Assembly: GCA_017306015.1 (NCBI GenBank)
Contig: JAFKJK010000012.1
Coordinates: 56,537-120,536, forward strand
Reading direction: 5' to 3'
Source of the DNA: Propionibacteriaceae bacterium
Lineage (GTDB): Bacteria; Actinomycetota; Actinomycetes; Propionibacteriales; Propionibacteriaceae
Length of the DNA: 64,000 nucleotides
Shown here: positions 29,369 to 38,318 of the stretch, piece by piece
How positions within the stretch are numbered: position 1 is the first letter of the stretch
Layout of the letters: each line of letters opens with the position of its first letter
The notes under the pieces: generated by a model
Database searches by the model: none
What the model was told of the DNA's origin: nothing
What the model saw: the letters and a program-made list of their open reading frames with translations, nothing else
Position numbers and translations under genes: made by a program

Positions 29369-29658
29369 ACCGTCGGGGACAGGTACTTCGGTTCACCCGC
29401 CGCCTGAACCGTTGTCACCCCGCCTGAACCATTGGGGACAGGTACTTCGGTTCACCCGCCGCCTGAACCGTCGGGGACAGGTACTTCGGTTCACCCTGCG
29501 CCCGAGCGCCTGAACCGTTGGGGACAGGTACTTCGGTTCACCCTGCGTGCGATCAGCGCCGCGGCCGGACTGAACGAAAGTACCTGTCCCCGTCGGTTCA
29601 TGTCCCCGTCGGTTCACGATGGTTCAGACTGAACGAAAGTACCTGTCCCCGACGGTTC
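29366..29658. repeat. Family-1 repeat cluster D (four forward, two reverse and two partial copies)
   Basis: Forward copies at 29366, 29426, 29463 and 29509; reverse copies at 29570 and 29629; partial copies at 29404 and 29600. Confidence 0.9.
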
Positions 29659-29722
29659 AGCCCAACGGTTCAGCGGGGATGCCTGGGTGGGCCAGAATGC
29701 TGTCAACCGACGAGGGGGAGTC

Positions 29723-30244
29723 ATGGCGTCCGCACCGAAGCCGCTGCCGGGGGTCCTAGGCGACCTGGTCTCGGAGTCGACGGTGTACGGAGTGATGCTG
29801 ATCTCCGGCATGCTCGTCATCGTCGCCAGCGACGCCGAAGCCGCCACCTGGGACGCGCTGGTGAAGGTGCTCGTCACCGTCGGCGTGTTCTGGCTGGCCC
29901 ACGTCTACTCCAGCACCGTCGCCCACCTCGGCGACGACCCGGAGACCGAGGTGTCCTCCAAGGTCCGGCTGGCCCGGGCCGCGAGCTACGCCGTCCGCCA
30001 CTCCCTGGGCATGCTGGGGACGGCGCTGGTCCCGCTGATCATCCTCGGGCTGGGTGCGGTCGGCATCCTCGGCCACTCGGTCGCCGTCTGGACGACGCTG
30101 TGGATGGACGTCGCACTGCTCGCCCTGATCGGCTATCTCGGTGTCTCGGGCTGGACGGAGAAGCTGTGGGTCAAGCTCGTCGGCGCGGCCGCGACCGCCC
30201 TGCTCGGCGTGATCCTGATCCTGCTCAAGGCGTTCGTACACTGA
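29723..30244 (+). CDS. Hypothetical integral membrane protein
   Basis: From ORF 29687..30244. ATG 29723 is preceded by gagggggag. Five or six predicted TM helices; I recognised no family. Confidence 0.55.
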   Translation: MASAPKPLPGVLGDLVSESTVYGVMLISGMLVIVASDAEAATWDALVKVLVTVGVFWLAHVYSSTVAHLGDDPETEVSSKVRLARAASYAVRHSLGMLGTALVPLIILGLGAVGILGHSVAVWTTLWMDVALLALIGYLGVSGWTEKLWVKLVGAAATALLGVILILLKAFVH

Positions 30245-30329
30245 GCGGCCTCACGGGCTCGTCCACTGCGCACAAAGAACCCATGTTGTAATTGCTGCGT
30301 TCGTGTGGGTTCTTGCGTATCTTTGTACC

Positions 30330-31124
30330 ATGACGCCTGATGCAGGGGCCAACGAGGGCCGCCTCCTCCCCCACGAACGGCACTTCCGGATCCTCGAACA
30401 GGCCCGGAGCCACTCCCGGGTAGAGGTGTCCGCGCTCGCCCAGGACCTCGACGTCACCACCGAGACCATCCGCCGCGACCTGGCCCTCCTGGAGCGCCAG
30501 GGCCAGCTCCGCCGGGTGCACGGCGGCGCGGTGCACGTCCAGCGGCTCGGGTATGAACCGACCGTGACCGCACGCAAACTGCACCAAGCCGACGAGAAGG
30601 CCCGAATTGGACGCGCCGCCCGCGAGCTCCTGCCCGACGGCGGCTCGATCCTCGTCGACTCCGGGACGACCTGCCTCGAACTCGTCCGCAACCTGCCCGC
30701 CGACCTGCCGATCTCGGTGGTCACCAATTCCCTGCAGGCCAGTTCGCTGCTGGCCGAGCTCCCCCAGGTGGACCTGCTCTTCCTGGGCGGCCGGATCCGG
30801 GACGTGACCGGAGCCGGCGTCGGCACCTGGACGATCGCGGCGCTGGCCAGCATCCACGTCGATGTCGCGTTCGTCGGCGCCAACGGGATCACCCCCGAGT
30901 ACGGCCTGACCACGCCCGACCAGGCCGAGGCCGAGGTCAAGAAGGCGATGGTCGCGGCCGGCTCGAGAGTGGTCTGCCTCGCCGATCACACCAAGATGGG
31001 ACGCACCCAGCTGTGCTGCTTCGCCGACCTGTCGCGGATCGACGTCCTCGTCAGCGACAGCGGCCTGGACGCGGCACTGGCCGACGAGCTCACCGCTGCC
31101 GGACCGGAGGTGATCCGAGCATGA
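30330..31124 (+). CDS. DeoR-family transcriptional regulator (FruR/GatR-like)
   Basis: HTH ERHFRILEQARSHSRVEVSALAQDLDVTTETIRRDLALLERQG, plus a DeoR C-terminal sugar-phosphate sensor domain. Start trimmed to ATG 30330. Confidence 0.85.
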   Translation: MTPDAGANEGRLLPHERHFRILEQARSHSRVEVSALAQDLDVTTETIRRDLALLERQGQLRRVHGGAVHVQRLGYEPTVTARKLHQADEKARIGRAARELLPDGGSILVDSGTTCLELVRNLPADLPISVVTNSLQASSLLAELPQVDLLFLGGRIRDVTGAGVGTWTIAALASIHVDVAFVGANGITPEYGLTTPDQAEAEVKKAMVAAGSRVVCLADHTKMGRTQLCCFADLSRIDVLVSDSGLDAALADELTAAGPEVIRA

Positions 31125-32068
31125 TCGTCACCCTGACCCCCAATCCGAGCGTCGACCGGACGGTCAGCGTCGACGCGCTCGACCGCGGCGCGGTGATGCG
31201 GGCGACCGCCTCCCGCGAGGACCCCGGCGGCAAGGGCATCAACGTCAGCCGCGCGCTCGCCCTCAACGGCACCCCGACCGCGGCCGTCCTGCCGGTCGGT
31301 GGCGCGTACGGCCGGATGATGCTCGCCCTGCTCGAGCCGCTGGAACTGGACGTCCGTCCGGTGACGATCAGCCAGCCGATCCGCGCCAACATCGCCGTCG
31401 TCGAGCCGGACGGCACCACGACCAAGCTGAACGAGCAGGGCCCCGTGCTGCAGCCGGACGAGCTCGACGCGCTGCACCAGGCCGTCCTGGACGCCAGCAG
31501 GGACGCCAGCTGGGTGGTCTGCTGCGGATCGCTGCCCCCCGGCGTCCCGGACGACTTCTACGCCGCGATGGTGCGGCACTGCCACGACGCCGGCCTGAGG
31601 GTGGCGGTGGACTCCTCCGGCACTCCGATGGCGGCCGCGCTGACTGCGGCCCCCGACCTGATCAAGCCCAATCGGATAGAGCTCGCCGAAGCGGTCGGGC
31701 GCGACCTGTGCGACCTCGGCGCCGTTGTGGACGCCGCCCGGGACCTGGTCGCAACCGGAGTCCGTACCGTCGTGGTCAGCCTCGGCCGGGACGGCGCCCT
31801 GCTGGTCGACGCCGACCACGTCGTCCACGCCGCGGCCAGCATCAGCCGTCCGCTGTCGACCGTCGGCGCCGGCGACTCGCTGCTCGCCGGCTACCTCCAC
31901 GGCGTCCACGCCGGGGACGACCCGGCCGCCGCGCTGGCCCGCGCGGTGGCGTTCGGCGCCGCGGCCGTGATGCTCCCCGGCAGCGAGATGCCCGGCCCCG
32001 ACCAGGTGGGGGCGATCGACGTCCGCGTGGATCGCGATCCCGACCCGTCCCGTCCGCTCACCGACTGA
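31121..32068 (+). CDS. PfkB-family hexose-phosphate kinase (1-phosphofructokinase or tagatose-6-phosphate kinase)
   Basis: MIVTLTPNPSVDRTVSV..., GGKGINVSRAL and GAGDSLLAGY are typical of FruK/LacC. Start ATG 31121 overlaps the DeoR stop (ATGA). Confidence 0.85.
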   Translation: MIVTLTPNPSVDRTVSVDALDRGAVMRATASREDPGGKGINVSRALALNGTPTAAVLPVGGAYGRMMLALLEPLELDVRPVTISQPIRANIAVVEPDGTTTKLNEQGPVLQPDELDALHQAVLDASRDASWVVCCGSLPPGVPDDFYAAMVRHCHDAGLRVAVDSSGTPMAAALTAAPDLIKPNRIELAEAVGRDLCDLGAVVDAARDLVATGVRTVVVSLGRDGALLVDADHVVHAAASISRPLSTVGAGDSLLAGYLHGVHAGDDPAAALARAVAFGAAAVMLPGSEMPGPDQVGAIDVRVDRDPDPSRPLTD

Positions 32069-32104
32069 GCGCCGTCCGAGCCCTGCGTGAGCCCCACCTG
32101 AAGT

Positions 32105-32166
32105 TCGCTCCCGAAAGGGACGTTTGCTCCCGAAGTTTCGGGAGCAAACGTCCCTTTCGGGAGCGA
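32105..32166. repeat. 62-bp palindrome (30-nt perfect arms), family 3; possible bidirectional terminator between convergent genes
   Basis: tcgctcccgaaagggacgtttgctcccgaa-gt-ttcgggagcaaacgtccctttcgggagcga. A near-identical element lies at 42682-42741. Confidence 0.9.
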
Positions 32167-32266
32167 ATCGCGAGACGACGGACGGGACGTCGGCGAACGC
32201 AGACGCCGCCGTCCCCCCAGCACCGGGGGACGGCGGCGTCGTCGCGTCGGCCAGGGGCCCGCCAGG

Positions 32267-33310
32267 TCAGGGCTCCACGGTCACCTTGATGGCCTGGCCC
32301 TTGGCGACGATGTCGAAGGCCTCCAGCGCTCGCTCCAGCGGCAGGTGGACGGTGATCAGATCCTTCACCGGCACCACTCCGGAAGCGATGTACTCCAGAG
32401 CCCTCTTGTTGTGCACCGGCGCCGAGCCGTTGGCCCCGTGGATGTGCAACTGTCGGTAGTGCACCAGGTTGGAGTCGCACGTGATCGTCGGATTCGTCTT
32501 CGGCAGGCCGCCGAAGAACGAGATCCGGCCGTTCCGGGCGGCCATGGCGATCGCCTGCTCCTGGGTGATGTTGGCGGCGGTCGCGGTGATCACCACGTCC
32601 GCTCCCCTGCCACCGGTCAGGCGCATCACCTCGGCGACGACGTCGACGGTCGAGGCGTCGATCACCTCGTCCGGCTGGACGGCGGCAGCCGACATGGCCA
32701 GCCGCTCGGCGTTCACGTCGACCAGGAACACCTTCCCGGCCTTGTGCACGCCACGTGCGATCCGGGTGTGGATGCACCCGATCGGGCCCGCACCGAACAC
32801 GACGACCGTGTCGCCCGGCTCGATCCCCAGCAGTTCCTGGGCGTTGATCGCACAGGCGAACGGCTCGGCCGCGGACGCCTCGTCGAAGCCCACGCCGTCG
32901 GGGATCCGGTTCAGCCCGTCCACCTTGAGGACGGCCTGCGGCACCACCATGTACTCGGCGAAGCCGCCGTCGTACTGGTAGCCGATGGACGTCTGGTTCT
33001 CGCAGACGGCCATCCAGCCCTTGCGACACTCGTAGCACTCGCCGCACGGGACGGCGGCGATCACCTGGACGCGGTCGCCGACCGCCCAGCCGGGGACGTT
33101 CGCGCCGACCTCGGCGACCTCGCCGGCCACCTCGTGCCCCATCACCCGCGGTGGGGTGATGTTCTGGTGCCCGTTGTGGAAGATCTTGACGTCCGTGCCA
33201 CAGGTCGAGCAGTTGCGGACGCGGATCAGGATCTCGTCCGCCGTGATCGACGGCTTCGGAGCCTCCTCGACGCGGACGTCCCCCGGTGCGTAGAAGCGCA
33301 GGACCTTCAT
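32267..33310 (-). CDS. Zinc-dependent medium-chain dehydrogenase (sorbitol / galactitol-1-phosphate / threonine dehydrogenase-like)
   Basis: 347 aa; catalytic Zn ligands CGTD...GHEVAGEV, structural Zn CGECYECRKG, Rossmann VVVFGAGPIG. It is the last gene of the PTS operon. Confidence 0.85.
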   Translation of the reverse strand: MKVLRFYAPGDVRVEEAPKPSITADEILIRVRNCSTCGTDVKIFHNGHQNITPPRVMGHEVAGEVAEVGANVPGWAVGDRVQVIAAVPCGECYECRKGWMAVCENQTSIGYQYDGGFAEYMVVPQAVLKVDGLNRIPDGVGFDEASAAEPFACAINAQELLGIEPGDTVVVFGAGPIGCIHTRIARGVHKAGKVFLVDVNAERLAMSAAAVQPDEVIDASTVDVVAEVMRLTGGRGADVVITATAANITQEQAIAMAARNGRISFFGGLPKTNPTITCDSNLVHYRQLHIHGANGSAPVHNKRALEYIASGVVPVKDLITVHLPLERALEAFDIVAKGQAIKVTVEP

Positions 33311-33753
33311 CAGTTCCCTTCCGTCGAATTGAGCAGTGCCAGGACGTCGTCGACCGAGGTGGTGTTCCGCAGCCGCTCGGCGGCCTCGGGCTCCATCAGT
33401 ACCCCGGCGAGGTTGGCCAGGATGTCCAGGTGTTCGTCGGACGCCGAGGCGATCGGGATGCAGAGCACCACCCGATTGCCGTCCCAGTCGATCCCGTCCG
33501 GGAACTGGAGGAAGCCCAGCGCCGCCGAGGTGATGAACTGCCGCGACTCGTTGGTGCCGTGCGGGATCGCCACGCCCTCACCCAGATAGGTGGAGACCTG
33601 CAACTCGCGGGCGAACATGCCGTCGATGTAGTCAGGCGTGGCGGCTCCGGCCTGGACGAGCACCTCGCCACAGAGCCGGATCGCCTCCTGTTTGGTCATC
33701 GAGGGCAGCCCCAGTCGCACCGAAGCCGGCGCCAGGATCTGCTCAGCGGACAA
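33310..33753 (-). CDS. mtlF: PTS EIIA component, mannitol/fructose (EIIA-2) type
   Basis: 147 aa; the active-site region GVAIPHGT and length fit PTS_EIIA_2. The stop overlaps the dehydrogenase start by 1 nt. Confidence 0.8.
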   Translation of the reverse strand: MSAEQILAPASVRLGLPSMTKQEAIRLCGEVLVQAGAATPDYIDGMFARELQVSTYLGEGVAIPHGTNESRQFITSAALGFLQFPDGIDWDGNRVVLCIPIASASDEHLDILANLAGVLMEPEAAERLRNTTSVDDVLALLNSTEGN

Positions 33754-33786
33754 CGCGTCCTCCGTTTCTCGATCGTTCGGACGGTG

Positions 33787-35352
33787 TCAGTGGACGGCGG
33801 GGTCGCCGTTGGCCTGCTTCACCATCTCGACCACATCGTCATACTGCGGCGCGCCGATGAAGTTGTCCACACTGACGTGGACCGCCGACGGCGTCTTGGC
33901 CGTCGCCCGCTCCATCAGGTCCTTGTGGGAAACGACGACATCGAAGCTGTCGTCCAGTCCGGAGATGGCCTTGTTGACGACCTTGACGTCCGGGTAGCCG
34001 GCCGCCTGGATCTTCTTCCGCAGCACCGAAGCACCCATCGCAGAGGAGCCCATGCCCGCGTCGCAGGCGAACACGATCGTCTTGACCGCACCGGCGGGCG
34101 CAGCCACCGCGGTGCCGGTCCGCAGGCCGGCGAGCGCGTCGGACGACTTGCCCTTGTTGGCCTCGGTCTGAGCGATCGCGGACTCGAACTTGTCGGCCCC
34201 GGCAGCCTCGGCCGCGAGGTCACGGCTCCGGGAGGCCCGCAGGATGATCGAGGCGATCACGAACGTCACCGCCGCCGAGAGCAGCACCGAGAGCAGCACC
34301 GCGACGTAGGCTCCGGGCGCGATCTGGGCGATTACGGCGAGGATGCTTCCAGGAGCGGCTGGGGCTCGGAGCGCGCCACCGAGCAGCATGTTGGTGGTGA
34401 CACCGGTCATGCCGCCGCCGATCAGAGCGAGGATCAGGGCGGGCTTCATCAGCGCGTAGGGGAAGTACACCTCGTGGATGCCGCCGATGAACTGGATGAA
34501 GGCAGCACCCGGAGCGGACGCCCTGGCAGCACCGATCCCGAAGATGGTGAAGGCCAGCAGCAGGCCGACGCCGGGGCCGGGGTTGGCCTCGAGGAGGAAC
34601 AGGATCGACCTGCCGGCCGGACCCGAGGCCTCGGAGATGCCCAGCGGGGTGAGCACGCCGTGGTTGATCGCGTTGTTCAGGAAGAACACCTTGGCCGGCT
34701 CGATGATGATGCTCGTCAGCGGCAGCAGGTGGCTGTCGATCAGGAACTGCACCGCACCGCTCAGGATGTGCATGATGCCGTTGACCAGCCAGGCCAGCGG
34801 GTAGAAGCCCACCAGCGCCAGGACGAAGCCCCAGATGCCCGCGGAGTACATGTTGACCAGCATCTCCAGGCCGGCCTTGATCTTGTTCTCCCACAGGCTG
34901 TCCAGCCACTTCATGGAGTACGCGGCGAGCGGGGCCATGATCATGGCGCCGATGAACATGTGGATCTGGCCGAGCGCCTGGAACTTGTCGGCGGGGTTGC
35001 CCGCTGCGGTCCACGCTGCGAGCAGCCGCGCGTTCTCCTGCGCGATCAGCAGGTCGGAGCCGGCCATCACGCCGAAGGTGCCGATCGCGGCCACCACAGC
35101 GCCACGGACGCCGTAGACCATGTGGCCGCCGGTGTAGGCGATCAGGATCGGCAGCAGGTAGTGGATGAACGGGCCGACGATCGTCGACAGATCCTCGTTC
35201 GGGGTGAAGCCGGCGCCGATGAAGAACATCGTGAAGATGCCCCAGGCGATCAGCGCGGGGATGTTGGGCATGATCATGCCCGACAGGAAGGTGCCGAAGC
35301 GCTGAACCGCTGCCCTGGCCGATCCCTTCTGGGCCGTTACTTCGGTGGTCAT
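33787..35352 (-). CDS. mtlA: PTS mannitol-family EIICB component
   Basis: 521 aa; the N-terminus VQRFGTFLSGMIMPNIPALIAWGI resembles MtlA EIIC; C-terminal EIIB with phospho-Cys FACDAGMGSSAMGAS. Confidence 0.85.
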   Translation of the reverse strand: MTTEVTAQKGSARAAVQRFGTFLSGMIMPNIPALIAWGIFTMFFIGAGFTPNEDLSTIVGPFIHYLLPILIAYTGGHMVYGVRGAVVAAIGTFGVMAGSDLLIAQENARLLAAWTAAGNPADKFQALGQIHMFIGAMIMAPLAAYSMKWLDSLWENKIKAGLEMLVNMYSAGIWGFVLALVGFYPLAWLVNGIMHILSGAVQFLIDSHLLPLTSIIIEPAKVFFLNNAINHGVLTPLGISEASGPAGRSILFLLEANPGPGVGLLLAFTIFGIGAARASAPGAAFIQFIGGIHEVYFPYALMKPALILALIGGGMTGVTTNMLLGGALRAPAAPGSILAVIAQIAPGAYVAVLLSVLLSAAVTFVIASIILRASRSRDLAAEAAGADKFESAIAQTEANKGKSSDALAGLRTGTAVAAPAGAVKTIVFACDAGMGSSAMGASVLRKKIQAAGYPDVKVVNKAISGLDDSFDVVVSHKDLMERATAKTPSAVHVSVDNFIGAPQYDDVVEMVKQANGDPAVH

Positions 35353-35535
35353 CTGACGTCCTCACTGACGAAGAGTGGCGGGCGGCTACCCACAGCGGGC
35401 AGCCGACCTGTGTTATGCGAGGATAAAACCACCGACTCGGGCACATGTCAAGCAAAACCAACACAGATTCGCACAAGAACGGGCGACGCCCGGCCGGGGA
35501 TCCCAAGCACTCCCCAGCCGGACGCCGGGCACCCG

Positions 35536-37587
35536 TCAGTTCCGCAGCGAGTACAGCCAGGCCAGCAGGTACGTCCTGCTCATCCCGTCGTCGAGATCGG
35601 ACGCCGGGAGGCGCTTCGCGGCGGCGATGGCCTGGTCGCGGTCCTGCGTCCCGGCCAGCGCCGAGTACATCAGGATGTAGTCGCCGAACTTCTGGTCGAC
35701 GTTGCCCTGCACCGCTTCGGCGACATTCGCCCGGATCCGCTCGGGGTCACCGGCCAGATAGGTCGACGACGGGCTCATCGGCAGCAGCAGGATCCCCAGC
35801 TTCGCCGCGGACGCGGCCGAGAACCAGGTGGCGTAGTCCCGCTTCCCGCCCCAGTTCAGCACCACGATCTTGTGCCCGTAGCCGGCGAACTCCGGCTGGC
35901 TGAGGTCGGGGTTCGTCCAGTACGCCGTGCTGGACGCCGCCTCGAGCGACAGCATCCAGTCCGCCTCGGCCTGCAGGGCGGCGTCCCCGGTCGCGCGCGC
36001 CCACAGTCCGAGCCCGGCGTAGGCGTTGACGGCCTCGGCCACCGACTCCTGGTTGTTGCCGTCGGCGAACGGCGAGGTGCCGGACGCCCACGAGTGCCCG
36101 GCGTACGGGTCGAAGTCGCGGCGGTCGGGGAACAGGCTGCTGCCCGAGCTGCCGATGTCGGCGGCCAGCAGGTTCATCACCGGCGCGTACCGCTCGACCA
36201 CGGACGGGTCGTGCTTCGCCATCACCGCCGCGGCGTAGAGGAAGTAGCCGTAGTGGAAGTGGTGGTCGTTGTACTCGTCGCTGCCGAACGACGGGGTGAG
36301 CCCGACCAGCCCCTTGCCCTTGGCGTCGTAGACGAAGCAGCCGGCGTCCCGCTCGGTGCAGCCCTGCGGCTGCGTCCAGGCGGTCAGCTGCTCGTCCAGG
36401 CTCTTGGCCAGTTCGTCCGCCTGGTCCTTCTGGCCGAGCTGATCGGCAACCATCAACAGCATCGCCTGCCGCTGCAGCGCCTTCCCGCCGAAGTAGGTGT
36501 CCTGCGGGAACTCCGGCTTGGCGGCGGCGTCCGCCGTCAGCGCCTCGGTCACCGCCGCGCGGCCGTCCGCGGGAACCGGACCGAGGTCGAGCGACGCCTT
36601 CGGCTGCTGCCGCGCCGTCTCCCAGCTGATCTCCGAGCCCCGGCACACGCTCATCGTCCCGTAGACGGACGCGTACGAGCCCAGATCGCAGCCCTCGGCC
36701 GTCCCCTGGTGGGGCAGCCGGGCGACCGCCTGTGCTCCGGGATAGCCGAGCGTCGTCGTCACCTGCTGGTCGCCCACCTGGTAGCCGACCTTCGAGGCGG
36801 TCGGGACGCCGGCCAGCCCGGCGAGCTCGTCGGCCTGGTGGTCGGCGGGCACTGCCCAGAACACCAGCGAGCCGCCAGCGGCCACGGCGGCCTTCGACCC
36901 GGACAGCTGCGCGTTCACCAGCTTCACCGCGTAGGGCTTGCCTGCGGCGGTGAAGGTGAACACGCCGCTGCCGGCGTCCGACAGGCCGTCGGGGAGCTGG
37001 ACGTCGGTGGCGCGGGTCGCCGTCCAGGCGACGAACGGCCAGCCCTCGGCGATCGTCACCCGTCCGCTCTCGGCACCGGAGGCATCCTTCTGCGCAGCCG
37101 TCACCACGATCGGGTCGTCGCTGGTGACCACCGAGGACGCCGCGCCCACCGAGACCGGGACGTCGGCGGAGTAGCCGCCGGCGATCGTGTCGGCACCGGC
37201 CTTGACCGTCGGCAGCCCGAAGGCGAACCCGTCGTCGGTGAGCGCGAACGACAGCGGCAGCGGGAACACCGGCTGCGGCTTGTCGCCGAACACCAGCCCC
37301 GAGTACCACCGGTTGGTCGGCGGCGTCAGGCCGTCGGCGAGCCGTGGCGCCGACAGCGCCTTCGGGGTGCGCTGCGTCATGCCGTCCACAAGGCCCTTCA
37401 CCTGGGCGTCGCCGAGCACGACGGCGCCGGCGGGCGAGGACGCCGGCGGAGCGCCGGGGACGCCGGTGCAGCCGGCGAGCAGCAGGGCGCAGAGCGCAAG
37501 CAGAATGGCGGCGGCTCTGCGGCGGAAGTCCCGGGTCACCCCGGCGAAAGCCGGGACCGAGAGGGGACGGGAGTGTCGGGCGCTCAT
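35536..37587 (-). CDS. Glycoside hydrolase family 81 (endo-beta-1,3-glucanase-like) lipoprotein
   Basis: From ORF 35536..38472, trimmed to ATG 37587, which overlaps the upstream stop (ATGA). Signal peptide with lipobox LLAGC. GH81 signatures YNDHHFHYGYFLYAAA, GHSWASG and GNNQESVAEAVNAY. Confidence 0.85.
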   Translation of the reverse strand: MSARHSRPLSVPAFAGVTRDFRRRAAAILLALCALLLAGCTGVPGAPPASSPAGAVVLGDAQVKGLVDGMTQRTPKALSAPRLADGLTPPTNRWYSGLVFGDKPQPVFPLPLSFALTDDGFAFGLPTVKAGADTIAGGYSADVPVSVGAASSVVTSDDPIVVTAAQKDASGAESGRVTIAEGWPFVAWTATRATDVQLPDGLSDAGSGVFTFTAAGKPYAVKLVNAQLSGSKAAVAAGGSLVFWAVPADHQADELAGLAGVPTASKVGYQVGDQQVTTTLGYPGAQAVARLPHQGTAEGCDLGSYASVYGTMSVCRGSEISWETARQQPKASLDLGPVPADGRAAVTEALTADAAAKPEFPQDTYFGGKALQRQAMLLMVADQLGQKDQADELAKSLDEQLTAWTQPQGCTERDAGCFVYDAKGKGLVGLTPSFGSDEYNDHHFHYGYFLYAAAVMAKHDPSVVERYAPVMNLLAADIGSSGSSLFPDRRDFDPYAGHSWASGTSPFADGNNQESVAEAVNAYAGLGLWARATGDAALQAEADWMLSLEAASSTAYWTNPDLSQPEFAGYGHKIVVLNWGGKRDYATWFSAASAAKLGILLLPMSPSSTYLAGDPERIRANVAEAVQGNVDQKFGDYILMYSALAGTQDRDQAIAAAKRLPASDLDDGMSRTYLLAWLYSLRN
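37529..37558. repeat. Family-2 hairpin embedded in the GH81 signal-peptide n-region
   Basis: tcccgggtcaccccggcgaaagccgggacc has one mismatch to 25068-25097. Here it is read on the opposite strand as SVPAFAGVTRDF. Confidence 0.85.
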
Positions 37588-38318
37588 CGCAGACCCACCT
37601 GCTGGAGGAGGTCGTTGACCGCGTCCGTCACCGGCGCGAGCGGGCCGGAGTCGACCAGCTGGACGTTGACCACCACCGGCGTCCCGGGCTCGCTGAGCGT
37701 CGGCTGGGTCAGGGTCAGCAGTTGCGGGGAGTCGAGCTTCAGCGTGGCGACGGTGCCGTCCACGCTGTTGGCGACCGACACCTTCGTGACCGAGGCGGTG
37801 ATCACCTGGTCGTTCGGCAGCACCACCCGGGCCTCCGCGCCGGGGACGACCCGGGCGTAGTCGCGGGGCGCGAGGTGGAAGCTCGCCTCCAGGTAGCGGT
37901 CGCCGCCGTACAGCTTCGCCAGCGCCCCGCCGGCCGGAACCGAGTTGCCCTGGCGGGCGTTGAGCTCCTCGATCGTGCCCGCGGACACCGCGTAGTAGGT
38001 GATGATGCCCCGCTTGGCGTCCACGTTGTAGGCCGGCGTGTCGGATACCTCGAGGCCGTTCGCGATGTCCTGCTTGAGCTGCAGGCTCTGCACCTGGAAC
38101 AGCTCCTCGCCGGCGGTGACGGAGTCGCCCTCGTCGACGAACTGGCGGACGACGGTGCCGGCGTGGTCGGCCCCGATGCTGTAGGTGTCGGCGTTCACCT
38201 GTCCGGTGTAGCTGGACACCTGGTTCTGCCGATGGTTGAACACCAGCGCGAGAGCGAGCGTGAACAGGATCACGCCGAGGACGCCGCCGAGCAGGCGGAA
38301 GCGGTTGTTCCAGGTCAT
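37584..38318 (-). CDS. Membrane-anchored HlyD/membrane-fusion-protein-like protein lacking a coiled-coil hairpin
   Basis: 244 aa with an N-terminal TM helix (LLGGVLGVILFTLALALVF). Lipoyl-like half motifs VVRQFVDEGDSVTAGEELFQV and VSAGTIEELNARQGNSVPAGGALAKL, then a beta-barrel-like C-terminus. ATGA overlaps on both sides. Confidence 0.6.
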   Translation of the reverse strand: MTWNNRFRLLGGVLGVILFTLALALVFNHRQNQVSSYTGQVNADTYSIGADHAGTVVRQFVDEGDSVTAGEELFQVQSLQLKQDIANGLEVSDTPAYNVDAKRGIITYYAVSAGTIEELNARQGNSVPAGGALAKLYGGDRYLEASFHLAPRDYARVVPGAEARVVLPNDQVITASVTKVSVANSVDGTVATLKLDSPQLLTLTQPTLSEPGTPVVVNVQLVDSGPLAPVTDAVNDLLQQVGLR

